Assembly (NCBI GenBank): GCA_044230055.1
Contig: JBGART010000083.1
Span: forward strand, 1-30,659
Length of the DNA stretch: 30,659 nucleotides
DNA from: Myxococcaceae bacterium
Lineage (GTDB): Bacteria; Myxococcota; Myxococcia; Myxococcales; Myxococcaceae
Reading direction: 5' to 3'
The position numbers and the translations under genes are program-made. Positions within the stretch are counted from its first letter, which is position 1. Each line of letters begins with the position of its first letter. The notes under the pieces were generated by a model that saw only the letters and a list, made by a program, of their open reading frames with translations, was not told where the DNA came from and did not search any database. Shown piece after piece: positions 1-7,908 of this stretch.

Positions 1-1160
1 CGTGGCGCCCTTTCGCGAATGGCTGCGTCCAGGCGCTCTTTCGTGCGCTCGGACAGGAGCACTTCCGTGGCTCCTTCGTACGGCTCACGCCGCAGTCTGA
101 AGCCCAGGAAGTGACGTTCCTCCGGTCGGGCGACGGCGCTCTTGGAGACGTTCACCTTCAGGCGCATGCGCCTTTCCAGGAATGCCGCCACGCTTGCCAT
201 CACCCGCTGCCCCGCTCGTTCGCTGCGGACGTAGATGTTGCAGTCGTCTGCGTAGCGCACGAAACGGTGCCCGCGCTGAGAGAGCTCAGTATCCAGTTCC
301 GTCAGCACGATGTTGCTGAGCAGTGGGGAGAGTGGGCCTCCTTGCGGCACCCCCTCTTCCGTGCGCACCACCACGCCATCCGGCATCACGACTTTCGCCT
401 TGAGCATCGCGGCGATCAGTTTGAGTAGGGGCCGGTCCTCGATGCGCTCTGTGAGCCGCGCCAGGAGTCGTTGATGGTTCACCCGGTCGAAGAACTTCTC
501 TAGGTCCAGGTCCACCACCCACTCGTACCCCTCGCCGAGGTACTTTCGGGCTTCGTCGATTGCTGTATGGCAGCTTCGTCCAGGTCTGAATCCGTGGCTC
601 GAAACGTGGAACGTTGGCTCGTACAGTGGTTCGAGCTCCAGCCGTACTGCCTCCTGGACCACGCGATCGACGACGTTGGGTATTCCCAGCCCTCGTTGGC
701 CACCGCCTCCCTTTGGTATCCACACTCGCCGGATGTTCCCCGGTTCGTATGTTCCTTCGAGAAGTGCGGTTTCCAGCTCCGCCAGCACGCCTGACAGGTG
801 TTGCATCACCTGCTCGACGCTCTGTCGGTCCGGGCCAGGTGCACCCTTGTTCGCCGCCACCTTTTGAAACGCTTCGTACAACCGCTTGGAGACCTTCTCC
901 ATCGTCGGGTGCTTTGCCTGCTCCCTCTTGTGCCTTGGCTTCGGCGCCGCGCGCGTTTCAGGTGCAGGTCCGCCCGTACCCGTTACGCCGTTGGCCCCCT
1001 CGCGGGGCTTTTCTGCTGTCCCAAGATCCAGATTGAGCTGCATTGCCCCTTTGCTGACCGTGACCGCCTTCCCTCCCTCAGCTTGTTCGACTGCCTGAGT
1101 TTGGACCGCCTTTCGGCGGCCTTCCGGTACCTCGCGGTCATCTGACTTCTGCCGGGTCAT
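1..1160 (-). CDS. Group II intron-encoded reverse transcriptase/maturase (intron-encoded protein), 5'-partial in window (C-terminus lies beyond window start). Possible alternative start at 902 (MEKVSKRL...).
   Basis: Hand translation of the minus strand from ATG at 1160 gives an uninterrupted frame carrying the canonical group II RT motifs in order. Motifs: KGAPGPD (RT0), GGGQRGLGIPNVVDRVVQ, SHGFRPGRSCHTAI (RT1/2), DLDLEKFFDRVNH, GVPQGGPLSPLLSNIVL (RT4), RYADDCNIY (RT5, YADD catalytic motif). It is absent from the ORF track only because it is open at the window edge. Confidence 0.85.
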   Translation of the reverse strand, partial: MTRQKSDDREVPEGRRKAVQTQAVEQAEGGKAVTVSKGAMQLNLDLGTAEKPREGANGVTGTGGPAPETRAAPKPRHKREQAKHPTMEKVSKRLYEAFQKVAANKGAPGPDRQSVEQVMQHLSGVLAELETALLEGTYEPGNIRRVWIPKGGGGQRGLGIPNVVDRVVQEAVRLELEPLYEPTFHVSSHGFRPGRSCHTAIDEARKYLGEGYEWVVDLDLEKFFDRVNHQRLLARLTERIEDRPLLKLIAAMLKAKVVMPDGVVVRTEEGVPQGGPLSPLLSNIVLTELDTELSQRGHRFVRYADDCNIYVRSERAGQRVMASVAAFLERRMRLKVNVSKSAVARPEERHFLGFRLRREPYEGATEVLLSERTKERLDAAIRERAP

Positions 1161-1542
1161 TCGCCTTTCGTACTTTCGTTCCTACGGGCTACCCACCTTG
1201 TTGGGTGGGCGGCCCGGCAGATCTCCGTGGGTAAGCTGCGACAGATTCTGTGGCCGGGCCGTCGCCAGTACACCGGCACTTCGAAATGGAAATTGGGTTT
1301 CGTCGCCGGTCGCCGACTCACCCAGTGCCGATGCCTTAACGGCGCTTCACTCTCGTTCGACTCGTCCACACACCTATGACTTCCATCGGACGCAACTCTC
1401 GCGAGCCCCCTTCCCCATTGCTGAACCTCTACAAGCGTCCGGCGTGCCACGCTTCCCGCCTGCGCCCTTGTCTCTTTGGTGTCGGGTTCCCTCCATCAGG
1501 GCCCCGTCGTCACTTCCTTTCTGCCGCGCGTGCCACGCGCAC
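1..1542 (-). mobile_element. Group II intron (likely class C-like), 5' portion. Intron RNA domains I-III would be about 1161-1542 and the ORF lies in domain IV. The 3' end (DV/DVI) is outside the window.
   Basis: The minus-strand sequence at 1542 reads 5'-GUGCGCG..., matching the group II 5' consensus GUGYG. That position is ~380 nt upstream of the RT ORF start, which fits DI-DIII length for compact bacterial introns. It lies directly 3' of a palindromic hairpin (the repeat arm at 1543-1583), the hallmark insertion context of IIC introns. Confidence 0.6.
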
Positions 1543-1690
1543 GACTATGCGCCTGACGGCGCAACGCTCGACACGAACGGGGGTGACCCCGCGATGGTGC
1601 GGAGCCCTGGTGAGCTGTTCTCTAGGAGCGTTGCGCCTGACGGCGCGACGCTCGACGCGAACGGGGCCAACCCCGCGACGTCGCCGCTTC
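1543..1690. repeat. Copy 1 (partial/rearranged) of a MITE-like palindromic repeat family: two direct copies of the ~42-bp arm (1543-1583 and ~1626-1668) separated by the conserved tail motif gagctgttctctagga.
   Basis: Arm sequence cgactatgcgcctgacggcgcaacgctcgacacgaacgggg is near-identical to the arms at 6453-6496 and 12477-12519. Each arm has an internal palindrome (gcgttgcgcc-N4-ggcgcaacgc). Confidence 0.6.
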
Positions 1691-1716
1691 GAGAGGGGAA
1701 ACCGTGCCGCCTCTCG

Positions 1717-3834
1717 CTACCGCCTCGGGTGAGCGGCCGCCCGGCGGCGTGCCAGCACTTGGAGCCCGAGCAGCGCCGCGGCGAGGCCTGAGAGCTCCAT
1801 CCCGCCCGCGGAGCACCCGCCCTGCTTCGCAGCATCCCGGCGCACGACCGTCAGCTCCGCGCGGGCGCTCTCTCCGGCCGCGCCCCTCGCGTCCGCGAGC
1901 AACACATTTGTCCCGGGGGCCAGGCTCACCGTCACGCTGAAGCCCGCGCCGCTCACCTGCGCCGGCTCCCCATTCACTGTCACGGACGCCGGAGTGAACC
2001 CGCTCACCTCGCCGTGGACCTCGAGCGATGCACCGTCCACCGCCTGTCCGGAGGTCAACCCGAGGAAGCGCACCGACGGCGCATCCAGCTCCACATCCAG
2101 CACCGCGCGCGCCTCATCGCTCACCGTCACCGGGAGCGAGCGGCTGGAGAACCCCGCCTTGGCCACCACCAGCGTCGCGCTCAACGGCGCCGCGCTCACG
2201 TCGAGCTGATACGCGCCATCCGCTCCGCTCACCGCACCGGCCACCGGGACGCCCGGGGTCTCCTCGAGCGCCAGCGTGGCGCCCGCAACCGGGCCGCCAC
2301 CCCGGGCGCGTACCGTGCCGCGAAGGCCGGCTTTGAACGTGACCGTGCTGCGCGCCACCGTGGGGTTGCCGGCCCCGTCTACCGCGGAGAGCTCAACGAC
2401 ATTCGGCCCGGCCTTCAGCTTGAGCGCCACCGAGAAGCTGCCGTTGAGCACCGGGAGCGCCTGGGCGGCAGCGCCGTTGAGCGTGAACGACACGGTGGCC
2501 AGCGGGCCCGCGGCGTCGGACGCGGTGCCGGTCACCGTGACCCTGGCCGTCTCCAGCTGCGCGCCATCTTCCGGCGACGTGACAGCCAGCAGCGGCGCCT
2601 GAAAATCCCCAGGACCGACGGGCGTCAGCGGGACGGAGGCAGTCTCCGTCGCGCCCGCCACGAGGAACTTCGACAACGACGCCGACTGGTAGCGCTCGCG
2701 GGTGACGGTGACGGTGTGGCTCCCCGCCGGGAGCACCAGCTGGAACGCTCCGGTGAGGTCGGTGGTGGCGCTCTGACCGGAGGCAGAGACCGTCGCGCCG
2801 GCGACCACGTGCGAGGTGTCCGTCGGCCGCGCCGCGTCCAGCGCGTAGACCGTGCCCTGGAGCGTGGCCGGCGACTGCAGCACGTCGATGTTCATCGAGC
2901 CCCAGATGATGGCGCCGGCGGTGACCGTCCGGCTCACGGAGCTGGTGCTGTAGCCCGCCTTGGTGGCCGTCACGGTGTACGTCCCGGGCGGCATCAGGAA
3001 CGTGTACAGCCCGTCCGCGCCGGTGGTCTGCGTCACGCCGTTCAAGGTCACCGTGGCGCCCACCACGCGGTCGGCGGTGTTGCCCTTCTGGTAGATGGCG
3101 CCGGTCAACGTGCCGGTCTCCGTCGCCTGCGCGGTGAGCGCCTGGAGCTGCGCGAACGTCCCGTTGAAGCGCTCCAGGTCCACGTTCCCGACAATCCCGG
3201 GGACCGCGCCGGTGCTGGAGTACTGATGGAAGGTCCACTTGCTCCAGCCGGGCGGAGGCGGTGGGCAGGTGCTGTAGTAGTTGGCGAGGACGAGCGGATA
3301 GCTCCCGTACGCAGTGGACTGCACGAAGTCGCGCCAGAAGTAGAACTCCGTGTAGAGGAGCGGCGTGCGGCCGGTCCCCGCCTTCACCGCGCTGACAATC
3401 TCCGCCACGCGCGCCGCCACCGTCGCCACCGGCAGCCCGTCCGCGTCCTCGATGTCAATCATCGGCGGCAGGTCCCCCGGCTCCAACGGGACCTGGATGA
3501 GCGTGTCCGCCTGAACCTGAAGGCTCTGCGCCGGGAAGAAGCGCAGGTACGCGCCGCGGATGAGGCCCGCGGCCTTCATCCCCGCCCAGTTCGTCGTGAA
3601 GTACGGATCCGCCGAGGTGCCGCGCCCCGCCTGCGCGATGGCGAACACCTTCCCGGACGCCTTCACCTTCGACCAGTCGATGGCGCCCTGCCACCGCGCC
3701 ACGTCGATGCCCTCCAGCGTGGTGGGCCCCGCGCAGAGTTCCTGCCGCTGCGCCTCGAGCGGACGCTCGCCTTCAGCCGGCAGAGTCGTTCCGCACGCAG
3801 TGGCGACAAGAAAGACGAGGAGCGGTGAGCGCAT
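1717..3834 (-). CDS. Secreted GH25-family lysozyme (muramidase) with C-terminal tandem Ig-like/carboxypeptidase-regulatory-like beta-sandwich repeats and a MYXO-CTERM sorting signal.
   Basis: N-terminus MRSPLLVFLVATACG (signal/lipobox-like), then EGIDVARWQGAIDW...GKVFAIAQAG...GAYLRFFP, typical of GH25 muramidases. Repeated ...GTYTVTATKAGYS... / ...GSHTVTVTRERYQ... beta-sandwich repeats follow. The C-terminus GGCSAGGMELSGLAAALLGLQVLARRRAAA matches the MYXO-CTERM pattern (GGC + hydrophobic + Arg-rich). The ORF track's longer ORF to 3987 uses an upstream alternative start; ATG at 3834 fits the signal peptide. Confidence 0.8.
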   Translation of the reverse strand: MRSPLLVFLVATACGTTLPAEGERPLEAQRQELCAGPTTLEGIDVARWQGAIDWSKVKASGKVFAIAQAGRGTSADPYFTTNWAGMKAAGLIRGAYLRFFPAQSLQVQADTLIQVPLEPGDLPPMIDIEDADGLPVATVAARVAEIVSAVKAGTGRTPLLYTEFYFWRDFVQSTAYGSYPLVLANYYSTCPPPPPGWSKWTFHQYSSTGAVPGIVGNVDLERFNGTFAQLQALTAQATETGTLTGAIYQKGNTADRVVGATVTLNGVTQTTGADGLYTFLMPPGTYTVTATKAGYSTSSVSRTVTAGAIIWGSMNIDVLQSPATLQGTVYALDAARPTDTSHVVAGATVSASGQSATTDLTGAFQLVLPAGSHTVTVTRERYQSASLSKFLVAGATETASVPLTPVGPGDFQAPLLAVTSPEDGAQLETARVTVTGTASDAAGPLATVSFTLNGAAAQALPVLNGSFSVALKLKAGPNVVELSAVDGAGNPTVARSTVTFKAGLRGTVRARGGGPVAGATLALEETPGVPVAGAVSGADGAYQLDVSAAPLSATLVVAKAGFSSRSLPVTVSDEARAVLDVELDAPSVRFLGLTSGQAVDGASLEVHGEVSGFTPASVTVNGEPAQVSGAGFSVTVSLAPGTNVLLADARGAAGESARAELTVVRRDAAKQGGCSAGGMELSGLAAALLGLQVLARRRAAAHPRR

Positions 3835-3889
3835 GAGGGGTGCCCGGTATCTTGCGCGAAGCCCCCTCGAGGACAAGTGCGCAGCAGGC

Positions 3890-4288
3890 TCAGTCGCGCG
3901 GCGGAGACACGGCGCAGAGGAAGCGGGCGCGGTTGTCGTCCGAGGACTGGGGCGGCCCCAACCCGCTCTGCGGCCCACCGAAGACAAGCTCCACCCCCTC
4001 GCGCGGGGCGTCGGATGGGGCGGGTGCCGGCTCGTACAGGAGGAGCTCGCACCCCAGCTTGCGGCCCTCGTCGCGCGCGGCGTCTCGGATGGCGCTCAGG
4101 CGGGTGGTGTTCGAGTGAAAAACCTCAAGCACGCCCACCGTGCGGTAGCCCTCCGGCGCGCTCGCTGCCGCGAGGAACCGCGGGTCCATCGCGAGCTTCG
4201 TGGGCGCGTAAGCCTTATCCAGCGGCAGAAAACGGGTGGTGACGCACGCCGGGAGCAGACACAGGCAGATGGAAAGTCGCAGGCGCAT
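3890..4288 (-). CDS. Small lipoprotein, function unknown (~132 aa).
   Basis: ATG at 4288 gives MRLRLSICLCLLPACVTT..., a lipoprotein signal with lipobox Cys. High GC3 codon usage. The in-frame upstream extension to GTG 4492 reported by the ORF track is probably not translated. Confidence 0.5.
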   Translation of the reverse strand: MRLRLSICLCLLPACVTTRFLPLDKAYAPTKLAMDPRFLAAASAPEGYRTVGVLEVFHSNTTRLSAIRDAARDEGRKLGCELLLYEPAPAPSDAPREGVELVFGGPQSGLGPPQSSDDNRARFLCAVSPPRD

Positions 4289-4617
4289 GGGCGCTCCCCC
4301 TTTAGCACCGGAGGCCGCCCACTCCGGGAGCAGAAACGCTGCCGCGCTCAGGTCCAGCCGGCTTTGAACGAGTTGCATCAGGCGGCGCGAAAGCAACGGC
4401 ACCTCGGCCACCGGAGGAGCGCGGAGCGCAAGCCGCACCTCCCGCGCGCTCTGGAACCGCTGCTCTCGCGACTTCTGGAGAAACCGGTCCACGACAGCCG
4501 CCAGCGCTGGGGGCGCGCCCGCGTCCGCGAGGGACCGGACCTGGCCGAAACCTGGGAGTACGGGCTCCCCTGAACGCGGCCCGCCCGCCCTTCGACAGGC
4601 GGACGGGCCACGTTGTC

Positions 4618-5736
4618 TTACGAGCCCTTGAGCTGAAGCGTAGGGACGGCGCCCTCGCCCAGCACCAGGTGGACTTGGCCCACCTTCGCGGCCAGGTCCT
4701 TGTACGCCTCGAGCTCCTTGAGGCGGACGAGCAACGGGTTCTCCGCCAGCACCTTCGCGGTCTGCGCCATGGACCGCGTGGCGGCCGTCTCCTCACGCCG
4801 GAGGATGACGTTCGCCTCGGCCTCCTTCTGCGCTTCGATGACCCGGTTGAGCAGCGCCTTCATCTCGCCAGGAAGCACCACGTCCTTCACGCCGAAGGAG
4901 ACCAGCGCCAGACCGACCACGTCCATCCGCTGCCGGACCGCAGCCTCCAGCTCCGCAGCCAGCGCCTCGCGGTGCGCGAGCAGCTCATCGAGCGTGCGCG
5001 AAGCCACCGCCTCCCGGGCCGCCAGCTGCATGGCGAGGTAGACGACGTCGTCCGGCGCACGCGCCACCGTGGCCAGCCGCCGCGCGTCAGCCACGCTGAA
5101 CGCAGCGGACAGGTTGAGGCGGAGCGTCACCCGGTCCCTGGTCATCACCTCCTGGCCCGTCACGTGGAGCAGCCGCTCCCGCAGGTCAATCACCGCGAGG
5201 TGCACCTTGCGCACCGTCGTCCAGGCCGCATGACGGCCCGGCGACAGCACGGCGTCGAGGACGCCGTCCACGTACCGCAGCGCCACCGAGCCCTCGGTGG
5301 CCGTGACCTCCACGTAGTCCGTCGCCGGCACCAGCGCCCGGACCGCGTCCCGCAGCGGCGAGGTCACCAGCACCTGCGTGTCGAAGCGCTCGAACGTCAC
5401 GGCCGAAGCGGCCTCACGCTTGCCATTGCCGGCGAGCGTCCGCTCCACCGTCCAGACCTGGTACTTGCCCGGGAGCAGCCAGAGCCACGGCTGCGCGCGC
5501 CAGAGCACGAGCACCCGCTCGTGCACCGCCACGTTCACCACCGCCAGGTCCTCCTCCGGCACCAGCGCGAGCTGCTCCGCGTCCAGCCGGACCACCAGCG
5601 GCTCCACCGGCACGCGCTCCAGCTCCACCCGCTTGAACAGGAAGCGGACGCGGTGGACGCCCGGGCCGAGGTACTTCACCGGCCGGCCCTCCACGTTCAC
5701 GAACACCCGCTCCTTCTGCGTCACCGTCACCCTCAT
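4618..5736 (-). CDS. SPFH/band-7 (stomatin/slipin-like) domain protein with ~190-aa N-terminal extension.
   Basis: C-terminal half (VMTRDRVTLRLNLSAAFSVAD...VVLPGEMKALLNRVIEAQKEAEANVILRREETAA...) is SPFH-like. ATG at 5736 is preceded by GGGAGG RBS (gaagggaggcagtcATG). Confidence 0.75.
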   Translation of the reverse strand: MRVTVTQKERVFVNVEGRPVKYLGPGVHRVRFLFKRVELERVPVEPLVVRLDAEQLALVPEEDLAVVNVAVHERVLVLWRAQPWLWLLPGKYQVWTVERTLAGNGKREAASAVTFERFDTQVLVTSPLRDAVRALVPATDYVEVTATEGSVALRYVDGVLDAVLSPGRHAAWTTVRKVHLAVIDLRERLLHVTGQEVMTRDRVTLRLNLSAAFSVADARRLATVARAPDDVVYLAMQLAAREAVASRTLDELLAHREALAAELEAAVRQRMDVVGLALVSFGVKDVVLPGEMKALLNRVIEAQKEAEANVILRREETAATRSMAQTAKVLAENPLLVRLKELEAYKDLAAKVGQVHLVLGEGAVPTLQLKGS

Positions 5737-6024
5737 GACTGCCTCCCTTCTGTGCTGCGGCCCTGCGTTGAAAAGAAAAAAACCGGCCTCGCCGCTCACG
5801 GGCGCGCAGCCTGTGTGGTGTCAGCGAAGGCGTGCGCGCCCGAGCAGCCGAGAGAGTCCTGCGTCGCGGACCTGCTGGCGCTTCGAGGCGACAAAGCCGC
5901 TCACCTCGTCGTGCGAAAGCAAGCTGGCGGCGCAGGGGTCACCAGCGCGAAAGGGTGCGCTCCACTTCGCCGACCAGGACTGCGCGCCGGCTCACGACGA
6001 GGCCGTCACGACCCAGGTATCGAC

Positions 6025-6101
6025 CTGGCAGCGGATCGATGGATTCGAACCATCACCTCGAGATTAACGTTCTCGCGCTCTACCGATTGAGCTGGATTCG
6101 C
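6025..6101 (-). tRNA. tRNA gene or tRNA-like sequence, anticodon GTT (Asn) by position, with non-canonical features.
   Basis: Minus-strand read: gcgaatc-ca-GCTCaatcggtaGAGC-g-CGAGA-acGTTaa-TCTCG-aggt-GATGGttcgaatCCATC-gatccgc-t. The D-arm is canonical (G18G19) and the T-arm perfect (GGTTCGAATCC). Acceptor stem pairs 6/7 (A4:C69 mismatch). C at position 8 and C at position 33 (both normally U). No encoded CCA. Confidence 0.55.
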
Positions 6102-6315
6102 CACGAGTTTTCATGCTCGCGCGTTGTGGACCTTCGTCGGGAAGCCCGCCCGGCCGGCACCGAAGGTGTGAGAACCGCCGAAGCGATGGACCTGAGCAAA
6201 CGATGGCTCAGGCCAGCCAGGAGGCATCACGGGTAGCCGACGCGGCGAGGGACGGGACCTCCCATGAAAGCCTGACGGCCAGCGCTCCGCTGAATGGCGA
6301 AACACAGTCGGGCCC

Positions 6316-6540
6316 CTCCCCGTTCGCCTCGAGCGTTGCGCCGCCAGGCGCATAGTCGAGAGGTGGCGCAAACCCAGGCACGGCACTTTGCCGGTCTGTT
6401 TCGAGCAGAGCGAAGCGGCCCATGAGCCGAGCTTCGGGAGCAGTGCCGACGTCTCGACTATGCGCCTGACGGCGCAACGCTCGACGCGAACGGGGGCAAC
6501 TCCGCGAGGTGGCAGACCCCTATGAGCTGTTCTCCAGGAG
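6316..6540. repeat. Copy 2 of MITE-like element: ~45-bp terminal inverted repeats (6316-6360 and 6453-6496) flanking a 92-bp core, plus 3' tail ...gagctgttctccagga.
   Basis: Left arm ccccgttcgcctcgagcgttgcgccgccaggcgcatagtcgag is the reverse complement of right arm ctcgactatgcgcctgacggcgcaacgctcgacgcgaacgggg. The core is the reverse complement of the copy-3 core. Confidence 0.65.
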
Positions 6541-6569
6541 CGAGCTGGGGGAGGTTCAAGATCGGAGCG

Positions 6570-7025
6570 CTAGCTGCGAGGACGCCCCCTTCGGCGGGTG
6601 GCGTTCCCACCGAAGAGCTGCGAGGCGCGGGAGAGGTTGGCCTTCACCTTCGGGGCTTCGGTGCAGTCGCTGCCCTCGACGCACGCACAGCGCAGGCTCT
6701 CCTCGAGCAGCCGGCGCATCGTCTGCGCCTGCGCGATGAGCGTGTCGAGCTCCGTCATCTTCCGCGCCATCAGCTGCTGTCGGGCCAGCCGCGCGTCCTC
6801 CGTTCCGGAGGCGGTGTCGATCAACGCCTTGAGCTCCTCCAAGCTGAAGCCCAGGCGCTGGCCGATGTCGATGAGCACCAGCCTCTGCACCACGTCGTCG
6901 GAGTACTGCCGCCGCCCGCTGGAGCGCGGCGGCTCCTGCACCAGACCGAGCCGCTCGTAGTAGCGGATGGCGGAAGGTCGCAGGCCCGTCTTCTGAGCCA
7001 CCTCGGAGATGTTCATCGCCTGCAA
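6570..7025 (-). CDS. MerR-family transcriptional regulator with Cys-rich C-terminus (CACVEGSDC).
   Basis: N-terminal HTH MNISEVAQKTGLRPSAIRYYERLGLV (classic MerR signature), then a coiled-coil dimerisation region and a C-terminal Cys cluster. The likely true start is MNIS at 7016. Confidence 0.8.
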   Translation of the reverse strand: MQAMNISEVAQKTGLRPSAIRYYERLGLVQEPPRSSGRRQYSDDVVQRLVLIDIGQRLGFSLEELKALIDTASGTEDARLARQQLMARKMTELDTLIAQAQTMRRLLEESLRCACVEGSDCTEAPKVKANLSRASQLFGGNATRRRGRPRS

Positions 7026-7068
7026 TTACTGCCGGCGTTGCTCCGGCAGGTCAACCCAGCCCCGACCG

Positions 7069-7683
7069 TCAGCTGGCCTGCGCGTCGGGGGAGCTGGCCG
7101 CGAGGAGGTGACGCAGCCGCGCCATCGCGCGCTGCTTGCGCTTGCGCAGCGTGGTGCTCTTGATGGAGAGCTCCGGCGACTCGCCGAGCAGCGCCTTCTG
7201 GTCCGCGTCGCTCAGGGTGCTCAGCACGCTGCGAAGAACGCCGTAGCGGTCCTCCCGGAGCAGCTGCTGCTCTGCATTGAGCTCCAGGTCCTCTACGTCC
7301 TCCAGCGCGCTCAAGTCACTCTGGCGCCGCCGCGTCCCAGCGCGGCGCAGCACCTGAACCTCGAAGCTGGCGATGGCACGCGCCCAGGAGAGGGGCTGGC
7401 TGTAGCCGTTGTAGCGCTTGACCTGCATGAACATCTTGATGAGCGTCGTCTGCGCCACGTCCTCCGCGTCCGCGCGGTTCTGGAGCAGGCGGGACACGTA
7501 GTTGAGCAATGAGGGCCAGAGCGCACGGAAGAGCTCCGTCGACGAGACCTCGTCGGCGTCTTCCCCATCTCTCACGCGAGCGAGGTGAAGCCGCACATCG
7601 TCCTGACTGCGACGTCGCGGGGCGCGCTCACCCGCGCCACTACAGCTCTCACAATTGATCGGCTTCACGCGGGCAAGCGTCAT
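7069..7683 (-). CDS. ECF-type RNA polymerase sigma-70 family factor.
   Basis: Region 2-like DAEDVAQTTLIKMF...YNGYSQPLSWARAIASFEV and region 4 HTH ...SIKSTTLRKRKQRAMARLR. The N-terminal extension contains CESCSG. Confidence 0.8.
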   Translation of the reverse strand: MTLARVKPINCESCSGAGERAPRRRSQDDVRLHLARVRDGEDADEVSSTELFRALWPSLLNYVSRLLQNRADAEDVAQTTLIKMFMQVKRYNGYSQPLSWARAIASFEVQVLRRAGTRRRQSDLSALEDVEDLELNAEQQLLREDRYGVLRSVLSTLSDADQKALLGESPELSIKSTTLRKRKQRAMARLRHLLAASSPDAQAS

Positions 7684-7728
7684 CGTTGGCGCACCACGTC
7701 TGGTTGGGTTCCCGTCCCTGGAGACACC

Positions 7729-7747
7729 CGCGAATAAAAAATTCGCG
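7729..7747. promoter_or_regulatory. Perfect 7-bp inverted repeat with A5 spacer (CGCGAAT-AAAAA-ATTCGCG), 46-64 bp upstream of the ECF sigma start inside a locally low-GC (~50%) 350-bp region (7690-8040).
   Basis: Read directly from the sequence. Candidate operator or RNA hairpin. Confidence 0.4.
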
Positions 7748-7908
7748 TGTAAATCCTCCTAAGGTAGATGCGGAGCGCCTTAAGTGTGACAATGAACGAC
7801 CCGTGCAATCGCTCGCTTCACATAACTTCAAAGTGAGGGGTCAAAGCTGTGCGCGAACGCTTCGTTGCACAAATACATTCAGAGACGCTTCAGAATTAAC
7901 CGCAGCGT

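Noticed and set aside
1-1160. The reverse transcriptase could have been a retron or diversity-generating-retroelement RT.
   Set aside because: Motif set (SHGFRPGRSCH, GVPQGGPLSPLL, RYADD) and the long N-terminal RT0 region match group II intron IEPs. A GUGCG intron 5' end lies ~380 nt upstream. No template/variable-repeat pair or msr/msd-like structure was seen.
2014-3828. 604-aa plus-strand ORF (Arg/Gly/His-rich) and similar long ORFs (3560..4573 +, 4669..6090 +, 19133..20224 +, 22592..24052 +, 24702..26474 +, 12702..13781 -).
   Set aside because: They lie antisense or out of frame to well-supported genes, have low-complexity Arg/Ala/Gly-rich translations, and are the usual shadow ORFs of ~70% GC DNA. 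No domain-like motifs were seen.
4289-4492. In-frame upstream extension of the lipoprotein ORF (MDRFLQKSREQRFQSAREVRLAL...) resembling the C-terminal end of a Ser/Thr kinase domain (RFQSA motif) followed by a linker and TM: a possible kinase-gene remnant.
   Set aside because: Only ~20 residues of similarity, no catalytic-loop or DFG/APE motifs upstream, and the ORF-track start is a GTG chosen as longest ORF. Too weak to call a pseudogene.
6012-6027. Hairpin CCAGGT-ATCG-ACCTGG overlapping the tRNA 3' end as tRNA terminator or att core.
   Set aside because: Short (6-bp stem), overlaps the acceptor/CCA-equivalent region, has no U-tract, and no second copy was noticed in the window.
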